IMG/VR virus record: IMGVR_UViG_3300025617_001208
Location: 1-64,000 of that record
From: a virus
Length of the DNA: 64,000 bases
Direction: 5' to 3' (one strand)
Position 1 is the stretch's first letter; each line of letters begins with the position of its first letter. The position numbers and the translations under genes were made by a program. Below the pieces are notes generated by a model. That model was given only the letters and a program-made list of their open reading frames with translations. It was not told where the DNA came from and did not search any database. Below, one piece after another: positions 1-8,794 of the stretch.

Positions 1-357
1 CCAGGTGTGCGTAAAAAAGGTACTAAGAACAAAGTAGGACTAATCGAAGCGTTTGAAGATAAAAGCACTAAAGGCTACAACTGGAACAACATGATGCTAC
101 AACGTTGGACTGATCACGAAGGTGCAGAACATCGTGTACTAGATGACTACAATCGTAATGTTGTACTGTGCGATTTAACTGCACAGCCCGAAGACATTAG
201 ACAAGAAATAAATAATACTATCCAATCAGCAGAAAGTAAAAATATTTCGCAAGTAGGCATGCGACTAATGAAATTTTGTGCTCGGTGGGACTTACAGCGT
301 ATTGCAGATCAAGCAGCAATGTACGCAGAACCATTACAAGCGAGGTATAACGTATGA
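1..357 (+). CDS. C-terminal part of T4 RNase H-like 5'-3' exonuclease (5' truncated by window)
   Basis: Frame is open from base 1 (PGVRKKGTKNKVGL...). The H3TH-adjacent PGV.K and later 'YNRN..LCDLTAQP..I' resemble the flap/RNase H 'RN..L.DL..IP' motif. Confidence 0.6.
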   Translation, partial: PGVRKKGTKNKVGLIEAFEDKSTKGYNWNNMMLQRWTDHEGAEHRVLDDYNRNVVLCDLTAQPEDIRQEINNTIQSAESKNISQVGMRLMKFCARWDLQRIADQAAMYAEPLQARYNV

Positions 358-827
358 GTGTAAAAGCAAAACCAGTTTTAGAAAACAAGTTTTGGATTGT
401 TGAAGAAAAAGGACAACGTATTGGAACATTAAGTAAAAGCGACGATGGGTATATCCTTGCTAAAAAAGGTGATGTAAAAGTTTATTCTTCTGAACGTCAA
501 TTAAAAAAACATGTTGGTTTAAAATTTACTATTAGCGATCTTGCAAATAAAAAGCTATTAGAAGTACAGGATGTACACGGATATCCTGCAAAAGGAATTC
601 CTTATAATAGCATGTTTGATATTAAAAGAAAATTGCCTCTATTTACTAAAAGTGAAAAATCTAAAAGTGTATATTGTGCAGGATATTACCTTATAAAGTT
701 TAATGTGAATTGGCTTAAAAGTTTCTGTCCTAAACTAATTACAGTCGAACGAAACGAATATATTGGCCCGTTTAAAACTGAAATAGAGATGAAAGAAAAA
801 TTAAAGCATGTCAATAGAGCCAATTAA
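354..827 (+). CDS. hypothetical phage protein
   Basis: 157 aa ORF, ATGA overlap with the upstream gene. Confidence 0.8.
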   Translation: MSVKAKPVLENKFWIVEEKGQRIGTLSKSDDGYILAKKGDVKVYSSERQLKKHVGLKFTISDLANKKLLEVQDVHGYPAKGIPYNSMFDIKRKLPLFTKSEKSKSVYCAGYYLIKFNVNWLKSFCPKLITVERNEYIGPFKTEIEMKEKLKHVNRAN

Positions 828-1050
828 TACAATACCTATACAGCAATTTTTACAAAAGGTTAAATCTGCAGACAGCGGCAATGCAAGAGAAGTTAAACTA
901 GACATTGCTACTGCTAAAAATTTAGCGTTTACATTAGGCATTGTAATGAGTAGAATGAACGGTGATTTAGAAAAATTTGTAAAAGAAAATGCTGGTGGAT
1001 CTATGGAAGATCTTGTAATTGAGTTAGGTAGTAGCAACTCGGATTGGTAG
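808..1050 (+). CDS. hypothetical phage protein
   Basis: 80 aa ORF in a co-directional run, overlaps the upstream gene. Confidence 0.7.
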   Translation: MSIEPINTIPIQQFLQKVKSADSGNAREVKLDIATAKNLAFTLGIVMSRMNGDLEKFVKENAGGSMEDLVIELGSSNSDW

Positions 1051-1100
1051 ATAACAGCGTATAAAAAGATAAATATATGCGTATATAATTGGAGACGCAT

Positions 1101-1391
1101 ATGAGTAGGCCAAAGCCAAATGTTTTAATGGAGTATACAAATCCAGCAACCTACAAATCTGAACAAATTTTACACGCAGAAGCAATATGGGCTGTTTTTT
1201 ACAACGGAGAACCTTTTAACTTAAAAAGTTCAAATGCTCTTACAAACTATCCTGGACCAAAATACAAAAAAACAAGTTTTTCAAATCCTGGTCATGCACA
1301 CAATCTATCTAAAAAACTAAATCAAATGTTTAAAACAGATAAGTTTACCGTTGTAAAATTAACTTCGGGCGAAACTATAGAAAATGTCTAA
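1101..1391 (+). CDS. hypothetical phage protein
   Basis: ATG at 1101 preceded by GGAG; GATAAATA motif at 1068-1075. Confidence 0.8.
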   Translation: MSRPKPNVLMEYTNPATYKSEQILHAEAIWAVFYNGEPFNLKSSNALTNYPGPKYKKTSFSNPGHAHNLSKKLNQMFKTDKFTVVKLTSGETIENV

Positions 1392-1764
1392 TAAAACTGT
1401 TTACACAAAATTGTTTTTAAGAGAATTAGGACAATCTGTAAATGAGCAAAATGTCAAGGCTATGATGCCTATATGGTGGTACAACACTCGAGACAAAGAA
1501 ATAGGCGGACTGCGATTAACCGACGACGGTTTCGATACTATAAATAAAATAGAACTTGCAACATACGACATACCGTATCCAAAAGATATGCCGGTAACTA
1601 CACAAGTAATTATTTTTTTAGATCAATTTATTGATTGTCCTTATTATCTAACTAATAGAAGTATTACTGTTACCAATGAAAAGAAAGCAGTTGAGCTTAC
1701 ATTGTTTAGTGGCGATTTACGTAAATACGGTTTAACAAAAGCAATGAAACGACATGAGGATTGA
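1384..1764 (+). CDS. hypothetical phage protein
   Basis: 126 aa ORF, translationally coupled overlap. Confidence 0.8.
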   Translation: MSNKTVYTKLFLRELGQSVNEQNVKAMMPIWWYNTRDKEIGGLRLTDDGFDTINKIELATYDIPYPKDMPVTTQVIIFLDQFIDCPYYLTNRSITVTNEKKAVELTLFSGDLRKYGLTKAMKRHED

Positions 1765-1984
1765 TTTACACGGATATCATATCCACGAAGGTTGGCGTAA
1801 ATTTAAAATAGCAATTGATCGTGCATACTATGACAATCATAAGAAAGTTACAGTTATAACAGGTCAAGGTGCTATGATGCACGAATTTCCTACATGGGCA
1901 CACAATCACCCATTAGTCAAAGAATGTAGACAAGAAAACCATAATCCCGGAAGTTTTAGTATAAAATTAAAGAAAAAAGGTTGA
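1754..1984 (+). CDS. stand-alone Smr (MutS2 C-terminal-like) domain nuclease
   Basis: Motifs IDLHG, VITGQG and NPGS are typical of Smr domains. Confidence 0.8.
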   Translation: MRIDLHGYHIHEGWRKFKIAIDRAYYDNHKKVTVITGQGAMMHEFPTWAHNHPLVKECRQENHNPGSFSIKLKKKG

Positions 1985-2008
1985 CTTTAACTGTACTTAT
2001 GCTATTAT
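1981..2008 (+). promoter_or_regulatory. sigma70-like promoter for the AAA ATPase
   Basis: TTGACT(1981-86)-16 nt-TATTAT(2003-08), with an extended -10 TG. Confidence 0.65.
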
Positions 2009-2040
2009 AAAACATAGGCACAAAACACAAAGGATATACT

Positions 2041-3123
2041 ATGTCTGAAGCACGTACACTTAACCCTAACAAAGCAAAAAACGCATTGCGTATTGCAATG
2101 CAAAAGAAACGTCCAATTTTCCTTTGGGGTCCTCCTGGTATTGGTAAATCTGATATTGTAGCACAGATTACAGATAGTCTGTCTAACTCATATCTTATTG
2201 ACATTCGTTTGTCGCTGTGGGAACCCACCGACATCAAAGGTATTCCGTATTTTGATAGCAATGCTAACAAAATGGTTTGGGGTGCTCCGGCAGAACTGCC
2301 AGATGAGGCTATGGCAGCTGAATACGACCATATTGTTTTGTTCTTAGACGAAATGAACTCAGCTGCTCCTGCTGTACAAGCGGCAGCGTACCAATTGATT
2401 CTAAATCGTCGTGTAGGACAGTACAAACTGCCAGACAATGTTATTATTGTTGCGGCAGGTAACCGCGAAGCAGACAAAGGCGTAACTTATCGTATGCCTG
2501 CTCCACTTGCTAACCGATTTATCCACATCGAAATGGGTGTCAACTTTGACGACTGGTTTAACTGGGCAGTTGATAACAAAATCCACCAAGATGTTGTCGG
2601 TTATTTGCAATTTGCTAAACAAGACTTATACGACTTTGATCCTAAAAGTTCAAGTCGTAGTTTTGCTACACCACGTAGCTGGAGTTTTGTAAGCGAATTG
2701 TTAGACGATGAATTCGACGATGGCACCACAACCGATCTTGTTGCCGGTGCAGTAGGCGAAGGCCTAGCAGTTAAGTTTATGGCTCACCGTAAGGTTGCTG
2801 CAAACATGCCGAATCCTACAGACATTCTGCAGGGTAAAGTAAAAGAGCTTAAGACTAAAGAAATCAGTGCCAAGTATTCCTTGACTGTATCTCTTTGCTA
2901 TGAGCTAAAAGAAGCAAGTGACGTAAACGATAAGAAGTTTGACGACAAGGTTAATAATTTCTTGCGCTTTGCAATGGATAATTTTGAAACTGAGCTAGTT
3001 GTAATGGGTATTAAACTTGCTCTTACACAATACTCACTTCCAATTGATCCAGACGAAGTAGAATGCTTTGACGAGTTTCACGATCGTTATGGCAAGTATA
3101 TTAAGGCTGCACAAAGCACATAA
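2041..3123 (+). CDS. MoxR-like / dynein-related AAA+ ATPase
   Basis: Walker A GPPGIGKS, Walker B LFLDE, sensor AAGN, Arg finger PLANRF. Confidence 0.9.
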   Translation: MSEARTLNPNKAKNALRIAMQKKRPIFLWGPPGIGKSDIVAQITDSLSNSYLIDIRLSLWEPTDIKGIPYFDSNANKMVWGAPAELPDEAMAAEYDHIVLFLDEMNSAAPAVQAAAYQLILNRRVGQYKLPDNVIIVAAGNREADKGVTYRMPAPLANRFIHIEMGVNFDDWFNWAVDNKIHQDVVGYLQFAKQDLYDFDPKSSSRSFATPRSWSFVSELLDDEFDDGTTTDLVAGAVGEGLAVKFMAHRKVAANMPNPTDILQGKVKELKTKEISAKYSLTVSLCYELKEASDVNDKKFDDKVNNFLRFAMDNFETELVVMGIKLALTQYSLPIDPDEVECFDEFHDRYGKYIKAAQST

Positions 3124-3131
3124 CGGTACAT

Positions 3132-3161
3132 AATGGGTAACTTTTGAGTTACCCATTTTTT
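3132..3161 (+). terminator. intrinsic terminator
   Basis: Stem AATGGGTAAC / GTTACCCATT followed by a T-run just after the ATPase stop. Confidence 0.8.
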
Positions 3162-3165
3162 CTAG

Positions 3166-3193
3166 TTGACATATATGATATAGATGCTATAAT
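3166..3193 (+). promoter_or_regulatory. sigma70-like promoter
   Basis: TTGACA(3166-71)-16 nt-TATAAT(3188-93), with an extended -10 TG. Confidence 0.75.
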
Positions 3194-3224
3194 ATATGTA
3201 TAAGTTAACAAAAGGGCGATAACA

Positions 3225-4511
3225 ATGGCTACTAAAGATACACAATCTAAACTGAAAAATTGGGAACCAAATCCTAACATTACAGAAGCAGAACTTTTAT
3301 CCATGCGCGATGAAGTACACGAACGCATTATTACTGCCCGTGTAGGTCTATTGTTGCGCCATCCGTTCTTTGGTAACATGGCAACACGTTTAAAAATTCA
3401 GGCAGCAGATGAGTGGTTAGGAACTGCCGCTGTAGACGGTCGTAATTTGTTTTACAACACACAGTTCTTTAATGCAATGGATAATAAAGAAATCGAGTTT
3501 GTTCTTGCACATGAAATTTATCATATGGTATACGATCATCTAAGCCGGCGTGATAACCGCAATCCTATGCTTTATAACATTGCCGCTGATTATATTGTTA
3601 ACAACGAACTTGTAGACGGTCGTATTGGTAAAAAGCCTAGCATTGTAGATTGTTTCCAAGACTTTAAATATCGTGGTTGGACATCAGAAGAAGTTTACGA
3701 CGAGCTGTTTGAAGAAGCTAAAAAGAATGGCGAAGAGTATCTCAAACAACTAGGCGAAATGTTAGATGAACATTTGGACTTAGAAGGTGAAGATGGTGAT
3801 GAAGGCGAGAATGGCAAAGACGGCAAAGGTCGTCCTAAGTACAGCAAAGAAGAAATCGATCAAATCAAAGACGAAGTAAAAGAAGCTATGATTAATGCTG
3901 CTCAGACTGCTGGTGCTGGTAACACACCTGCAGGTGTACAGCGTCTTATCAAAGAGATGACAGAATCTAAAATGAACTGGCGTGAACTATTGCGTCAGCA
4001 AATCCAGAGTACAATCAAAAGTGATTATACATTTAGTCGTCCATCACGTAAAGGTCAAATGACTGGTGCTATTTTGCCAGGTATGAATTATCAAGACACT
4101 ATTGATATCTGTGTAGCAATTGACATGAGTGGCAGTATTGGAACTCAACAAGGTGCAGACTTCTTAGGTGAAATCAAAGGCATTATGGAAGAATATCAAG
4201 ACTATAATATCAAGGTGTGGTGCTTTGACACAAAAGTCTACAATGAACAAGATTTTACTGCCGACAGTGGCGAGGACTTGTCTGAATACGAAATTATGGG
4301 CGGCGGTGGCACCGACTTTGATGCTAACTGGAAGTACATGAAAGAACAAGATATTCAACCTAAAAAGTTCCTTATGTTTACAGATGGTTATGCTTGGGAT
4401 AGCTGGGGTGACCCAGACTACTGCGATACGGTATTTGTTATTCACAGCAATCATGATAAAAATTTGCAAGCGCCATTTGGCATAACAGCTCACTACGAGG
4501 AGGCAGCTTGA
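3225..4511 (+). CDS. HExxH metallopeptidase-like + VWA domain protein (DUF2201-like), partner of the AAA ATPase
   Basis: LAHEIYH motif; MIDAS-like IDMSGS, GGGGTDF and FTDG; adjacent to the MoxR-type ATPase. Confidence 0.85.
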   Translation: MATKDTQSKLKNWEPNPNITEAELLSMRDEVHERIITARVGLLLRHPFFGNMATRLKIQAADEWLGTAAVDGRNLFYNTQFFNAMDNKEIEFVLAHEIYHMVYDHLSRRDNRNPMLYNIAADYIVNNELVDGRIGKKPSIVDCFQDFKYRGWTSEEVYDELFEEAKKNGEEYLKQLGEMLDEHLDLEGEDGDEGENGKDGKGRPKYSKEEIDQIKDEVKEAMINAAQTAGAGNTPAGVQRLIKEMTESKMNWRELLRQQIQSTIKSDYTFSRPSRKGQMTGAILPGMNYQDTIDICVAIDMSGSIGTQQGADFLGEIKGIMEEYQDYNIKVWCFDTKVYNEQDFTADSGEDLSEYEIMGGGGTDFDANWKYMKEQDIQPKKFLMFTDGYAWDSWGDPDYCDTVFVIHSNHDKNLQAPFGITAHYEEAA

Positions 4512-4783
4512 CAAAAACTTTGATTAAAGAGTTGGATGTTTTAAAATTAAGGCGTGTAGATTTTTGTCCTGATCATTTTACAACAACAAATACTCCACGT
4601 CACTACAACCTTGAAAATGCTATTGTAGCATGGATAGAAACAAATCTAAGTGGAAGATTTTTCTTTGGACTAAATATTGAGTTAAAAAACAATACTGTAG
4701 AAAAAGTTTATACTATAGGGTTTGAAAGGGCAAGCGAACTTAGTTTTTTTATGTTAGCTTGTCCACATTTAAAATACAATTAA
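4508..4783 (+). CDS. hypothetical phage protein
   Basis: 91 aa, TTG start overlapping the upstream stop, GGAGG upstream. Confidence 0.7.
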   Translation: MTKTLIKELDVLKLRRVDFCPDHFTTTNTPRHYNLENAIVAWIETNLSGRFFFGLNIELKNNTVEKVYTIGFERASELSFFMLACPHLKYN

Positions 4784-4822
4784 AAATGCGCAGATAATTA
4801 TATTTGTAAAAGGAGAAAATAC

Positions 4823-5071
4823 ATGTCAGCGACACAAGAACAAAATGCTAATGAATTAAATATTCAAGACTTAGCAGTAATGCGTAGCGTTATTGAATTA
4901 GCTACAGAACGTGGCACATTCAAAGCACCCGAAATGGCTGCTGTAGGCACACTGTTCAACAAATTAGACCAGTTTTTAAAACAAGTCGAAGAACAAGCTA
5001 AAGCAGCTCAAGAAGGTGCAGAAGCAGCTCAAGAATCAGCCGATACAGGCGCAGGAGAAGAAAATGGCTAA
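4823..5071 (+). CDS. hypothetical phage protein
   Basis: 82 aa, strong SD AAGGAG. Confidence 0.8.
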   Translation: MSATQEQNANELNIQDLAVMRSVIELATERGTFKAPEMAAVGTLFNKLDQFLKQVEEQAKAAQEGAEAAQESADTGAGEENG

Positions 5072-5708
5072 TATTAAACATGTGGGAAGAATTACCCATA
5101 ATCAACGAAAAGTAGTTGTTGCATACAGAGTTATTCCGGGTGACCCAGAAAACTGCTTGATTGTGTCAACTGAAAGTCTTAGTGCTGATGAACACGATGC
5201 ATTAATTAAAGCAGTTGAATCAGCTAGTGGACAATCTGCATACGAATTTGCAGAAGCAATGGCACGTAATAGTTTACCAGACGGCCGTAACATGCTTGCT
5301 GGGTTTCAAAAAACAGGAAAGTTTCAAAAAGTACCAACTAAAATGGTAGAAATGACTCCTAATACTATTACATCAGTAAACTTAGCTGAATTAAATCAAA
5401 TTATGGCTGATCAAAAAGGCGTAACTATAAACGACTTGGCTCTTAAGGACGAACAGGGAAATACTGTTCCAGTTCGTAGTAGTGCCAGTGATACACAAAT
5501 TGATCCGGCGGCACTATATACAAATGAACAACCAGCTACTACAACAACAGCAGCATCAGATGGTGTACTTTCAGATGAAGATTTAGCTGCTCAATACAGA
5601 TCACAAGCCGATGCACTATTTAAAGAAGCAAAGGCATTACGTGAACAGGCGGAAGAGTTGGTTCCAACAAAAAAGAAAAGCACAAAAAAGTCAACTGAAA
5701 CAGTATAA
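5064..5708 (+). CDS. hypothetical phage protein
   Basis: Start moved from 5016 to ATG 5064 (AGGAG at 5053-57). Confidence 0.8.
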   Translation: MANIKHVGRITHNQRKVVVAYRVIPGDPENCLIVSTESLSADEHDALIKAVESASGQSAYEFAEAMARNSLPDGRNMLAGFQKTGKFQKVPTKMVEMTPNTITSVNLAELNQIMADQKGVTINDLALKDEQGNTVPVRSSASDTQIDPAALYTNEQPATTTTAASDGVLSDEDLAAQYRSQADALFKEAKALREQAEELVPTKKKSTKKSTETV

Positions 5709-5995
5709 TGAAAAAAACTGAAACATACTGGCAAGAAATTTTTGATACTGTTGACATGAAATACTTGCCAGTATCTTATATGAAATCAATTGAAGTTGAG
5801 TTTACTGATGGCGAGATTTGGGAAATAGATCTTGATGAAAAAGAAAGTGAAAATGTTCCTGTTGACGAAGTATTAGATAATTTTTTTGAAGAATACGAAA
5901 ATACTATCAAGGAAGTGCAGTTTAAGTTAGATTTTGATAAAATCAAATACGATATTTCAAAACGTACAACAAAATTTTTAAAACATAACAAATAA
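5708..5995 (+). CDS. acidic hypothetical protein
   Basis: 95 aa, TAATG coupling. Confidence 0.75.
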   Translation: MKKTETYWQEIFDTVDMKYLPVSYMKSIEVEFTDGEIWEIDLDEKESENVPVDEVLDNFFEEYENTIKEVQFKLDFDKIKYDISKRTTKFLKHNK

Positions 5996-6010
5996 TAAAC
6001 TGCCTATAGT

Positions 6011-6018
6011 GATAAATA
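6011..6018 (+). promoter_or_regulatory. putative late promoter (GATAAATA; T4 TATAAATA-like)
   Basis: Same motif precedes several structural genes in the window. Confidence 0.6.
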
Positions 6019-6054
6019 CTATATAAGAAATACGTCACCTAGGAGATATTTAAC

Positions 6055-7536
6055 ATGGCTTTGCGATTAAGACGCGGTACAGATGCAGAACGCTTACTAA
6101 TTACCCCAGCAGATGGGGAAATGATCTGGACTACAGATACACAAGAATTATATGTAGGGAATGGCACTACTGTAGGCGGTATTAGAATTACCGGTGCGCT
6201 AAATGATAGCCCAGAATCACTTACACGAAACCTTGACTTAGATTCTAATACAATTTTTGGATCAGGTGATATTAATATAAGTGGACAAATTACTACATCA
6301 GGATCAATAACTGCTACAGGAACAGTGACAGCCGGTAGTTTAGTAGGCGATGGTAGTCAAATTTACAATCTTAGTGCTGCAAATTTAGATGTAAGTGATT
6401 TAGTTGTTGAAGGTGGTGCATATTATTTAAATATTGTTGGACCAGATAGTGCAAGCGTACTTGATACACAAGCAAGTGAACTTAATATAGATAGTATTAC
6501 AGGAACATCTATTAGATTATCGGAAGATGCAGATATTGGAGGCAGTGTAACAGCAAATCAATTTTATGGCGATCTAATCGGTGAAGTTAATTCAGAAGAT
6601 AGTACTATTGTAATTGACAGATTTGGCAACTTATTTACAGAAGAAATTACTGCTGATTTTTTAAAATTTAAAAGAAGTGACACAGCAACTAACAATGTAC
6701 AAATTGAAGGTAACGACAATTCATCCGGATTGTTTTTAACAAGAATATCGCCAAGTGGTTCAGGATTTCCAGATTTACTCGGTCGTGTAAATTTTGACGA
6801 TGATAATTTAGATACACAAACAAGAACTACCTATGCATTTATTAGTGCTTCGCCTTACGGAATGTTTTTAAGTGCAGACCAAACCGGAATACATGCAGGA
6901 GATAAAGTTACAAATTTCGTTAACGGTGCAATTGGAATCGGCGGTTTACCAACTACAGATTATAAACTTGCAGTATTTGGCGATATTAATGTTGACGAAG
7001 GAAAACTTACATTAGGACAAGTAGAACCTAGTGAAGTTACGTCTCCGTCAGCGGGCGATGTAGTTTATTCGCCTGGCGCAGATAGAGTATTCTTTAGAGA
7101 AGGAAGTACATGGAAATTTCCTCTCACAGTTGGCGAATCAGATGTTTATCTAGCTAACACTCTTCCAATCCAAGCATCAAACTACAGTACAATACAAATT
7201 GGTCTAGGATTGACTGGAGCAGAACAAACAGGTGTTCTACTATTTAATACAACAACAAAACAACTACAAGTTTACAACAATGGTTGGAAAAATATTGCCA
7301 GTGACGGCGGTGTGTTCGTAGGTGATCATCAAGGTAGTGTAGGACTAGACGATAGTACTACTGTAATTGATGGAACTGATGGTAAAATTACTGCACCAAA
7401 TACAGTTACTTTTGCAAGTTTCTCGACTGTTGAAAGAGATGCGCTAGGAGTTGTTACAGGTGGTACAGTAATATTTAATAGCACAACTGCTAAACTACAA
7501 GTTTATAACGGAAGTACTTGGTTAGACTTACACTAA
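6055..7536 (+). CDS. tail fibre / virion appendage protein (Mtd N-terminal-like start)
   Basis: N-term LRLRRGT..ER....GE..WTTDT..LYVGNG.T.GG; Gly/Ser/Thr/Asp rich; repeated FN.TT..LQVYN..W module also found in 33691-35019. Confidence 0.75.
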   Translation: MALRLRRGTDAERLLITPADGEMIWTTDTQELYVGNGTTVGGIRITGALNDSPESLTRNLDLDSNTIFGSGDINISGQITTSGSITATGTVTAGSLVGDGSQIYNLSAANLDVSDLVVEGGAYYLNIVGPDSASVLDTQASELNIDSITGTSIRLSEDADIGGSVTANQFYGDLIGEVNSEDSTIVIDRFGNLFTEEITADFLKFKRSDTATNNVQIEGNDNSSGLFLTRISPSGSGFPDLLGRVNFDDDNLDTQTRTTYAFISASPYGMFLSADQTGIHAGDKVTNFVNGAIGIGGLPTTDYKLAVFGDINVDEGKLTLGQVEPSEVTSPSAGDVVYSPGADRVFFREGSTWKFPLTVGESDVYLANTLPIQASNYSTIQIGLGLTGAEQTGVLLFNTTTKQLQVYNNGWKNIASDGGVFVGDHQGSVGLDDSTTVIDGTDGKITAPNTVTFASFSTVERDALGVVTGGTVIFNSTTAKLQVYNGSTWLDLH

Positions 7537-7547
7537 GTAAGTCTAAC
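7521..7547. terminator. hairpin between convergent genes (probable terminator)
   Basis: Perfect 11-bp stem GTTAGACTTAC/GTAAGTCTAAC, loop ACTAA contains the stop codon, T-rich tail on +. Confidence 0.6.
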
Positions 7548-7552
7548 ACTTT

Positions 7553-8203
7553 TTATTTTTCAATAATATCTATTTTTTGTTTAATTTTAGTAGGAAATGT
7601 AAAATCAGTAGCGTGATGTTCTCTACGATTTCTATTTTCATTTTTAAACCCAATACCCATTAACAATAGAATATTATTATCAGCACCTACTATTTGCTTG
7701 ACGTTTTTGGCATCAAAGCAACTACAGCATCCTGTATTAAGCCCTAGCATACTTGCTGTTAAGTTTGCATAACCAGCAGCAATACCTACTGCTACATGTG
7801 TATCTCTAACAAGATTTTCAACAGAAGTTGATGTCATAGTACCAGTTATTGTTTTTTCGTACCATTCTTCGTTTCTCACTTCCGTGTTTGGTGTTTCAAA
7901 CGGATTAGTTGCTTCAAATGCTAAAACTAAGTTTGCTAAAATTTGACTGTTAGTAGTACTTTCATTTGTTTCAAAATTATAAGTAAACCCGTCGGTGTTT
8001 GAATGTATTTGCTCGATTATATTACGATCTTGTATAAAATGCACTTTGTAAAATGCCATATTTTGCTTACTAGGACAGTTAGCTACAGAATGCTTTAGCA
8101 AGTCTAAATCGCTTTTTGGAATACTTTTTGTAAGATCCCAGTTTCTTTGACAGTGTTGGCTACGTATCACTGCTTTTTTTACATCATTGTATGTAGTTTG
8201 CAT
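7553..8203 (-). CDS. nitroreductase-family flavoprotein
   Basis: QRNWD...IP, CPSKQN, GIAAGYANLTASMLGLNTG, LLMGIG. Start moved to ATG 8203 (AGGGAG SD). Confidence 0.8.
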   Translation of the reverse strand: MQTTYNDVKKAVIRSQHCQRNWDLTKSIPKSDLDLLKHSVANCPSKQNMAFYKVHFIQDRNIIEQIHSNTDGFTYNFETNESTTNSQILANLVLAFEATNPFETPNTEVRNEEWYEKTITGTMTSTSVENLVRDTHVAVGIAAGYANLTASMLGLNTGCCSCFDAKNVKQIVGADNNILLLMGIGFKNENRNRREHHATDFTFPTKIKQKIDIIEK

Positions 8204-8221
8204 AGTATTCTCCCTATGCAA

Positions 8222-8794
8222 TTATTTATCTAATAATGTTGCTACTAGATGTATCCTATTTTCTTTGCTAGAATTTATTGCGGTATGATATAGTTTTGTA
8301 TTAGTCCAATACCATTTATTCTGTTCTAGATATTTTGTTTCTTCATCGATTATCATCAAACATCCTTGTTGTGTTTTCATTGGAAAATGTATCCGAGTTG
8401 TATCGTCTTTATGCCAACTTAAACAAGTTTTAGGTTTACTTATCATAATTCTAACACGCCCTATATTAGTATATTTTTGTTGAATAGCATTATAAACTAT
8501 TTCAAAGTTAGTTCCTTTAAACTGTGTACATAGATACTTAAAATCTTCTTCTTTAAAAAATTTTTCTCTAAGAGGAATGATCATTTTTCCTTGCTTATGA
8601 TCATAATAGCTTTCATCCCAATCATAGTGCAAGCTACCTCTTCCAAAATTATAGTTATCATATTTGCCTTCAACTGTGTTTAAGCATATTTGATCTGTGT
8701 CTTCTTTGTATTCTAGAATACCAGCATCTATCATTTTTAAAAAATCTTCATACAAGTTATATACTGGTAAATCAATTTCTTCAAAGTTATTCAT
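8222..8794 (-). CDS. aspartyl/asparaginyl beta-hydroxylase-like Fe(II)/2OG oxygenase
   Basis: GRVRIM, WHKD (HxD), RIHFP, HTAIN, RIHLV. Confidence 0.8.
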   Translation of the reverse strand: MNNFEEIDLPVYNLYEDFLKMIDAGILEYKEDTDQICLNTVEGKYDNYNFGRGSLHYDWDESYYDHKQGKMIIPLREKFFKEEDFKYLCTQFKGTNFEIVYNAIQQKYTNIGRVRIMISKPKTCLSWHKDDTTRIHFPMKTQQGCLMIIDEETKYLEQNKWYWTNTKLYHTAINSSKENRIHLVATLLDK

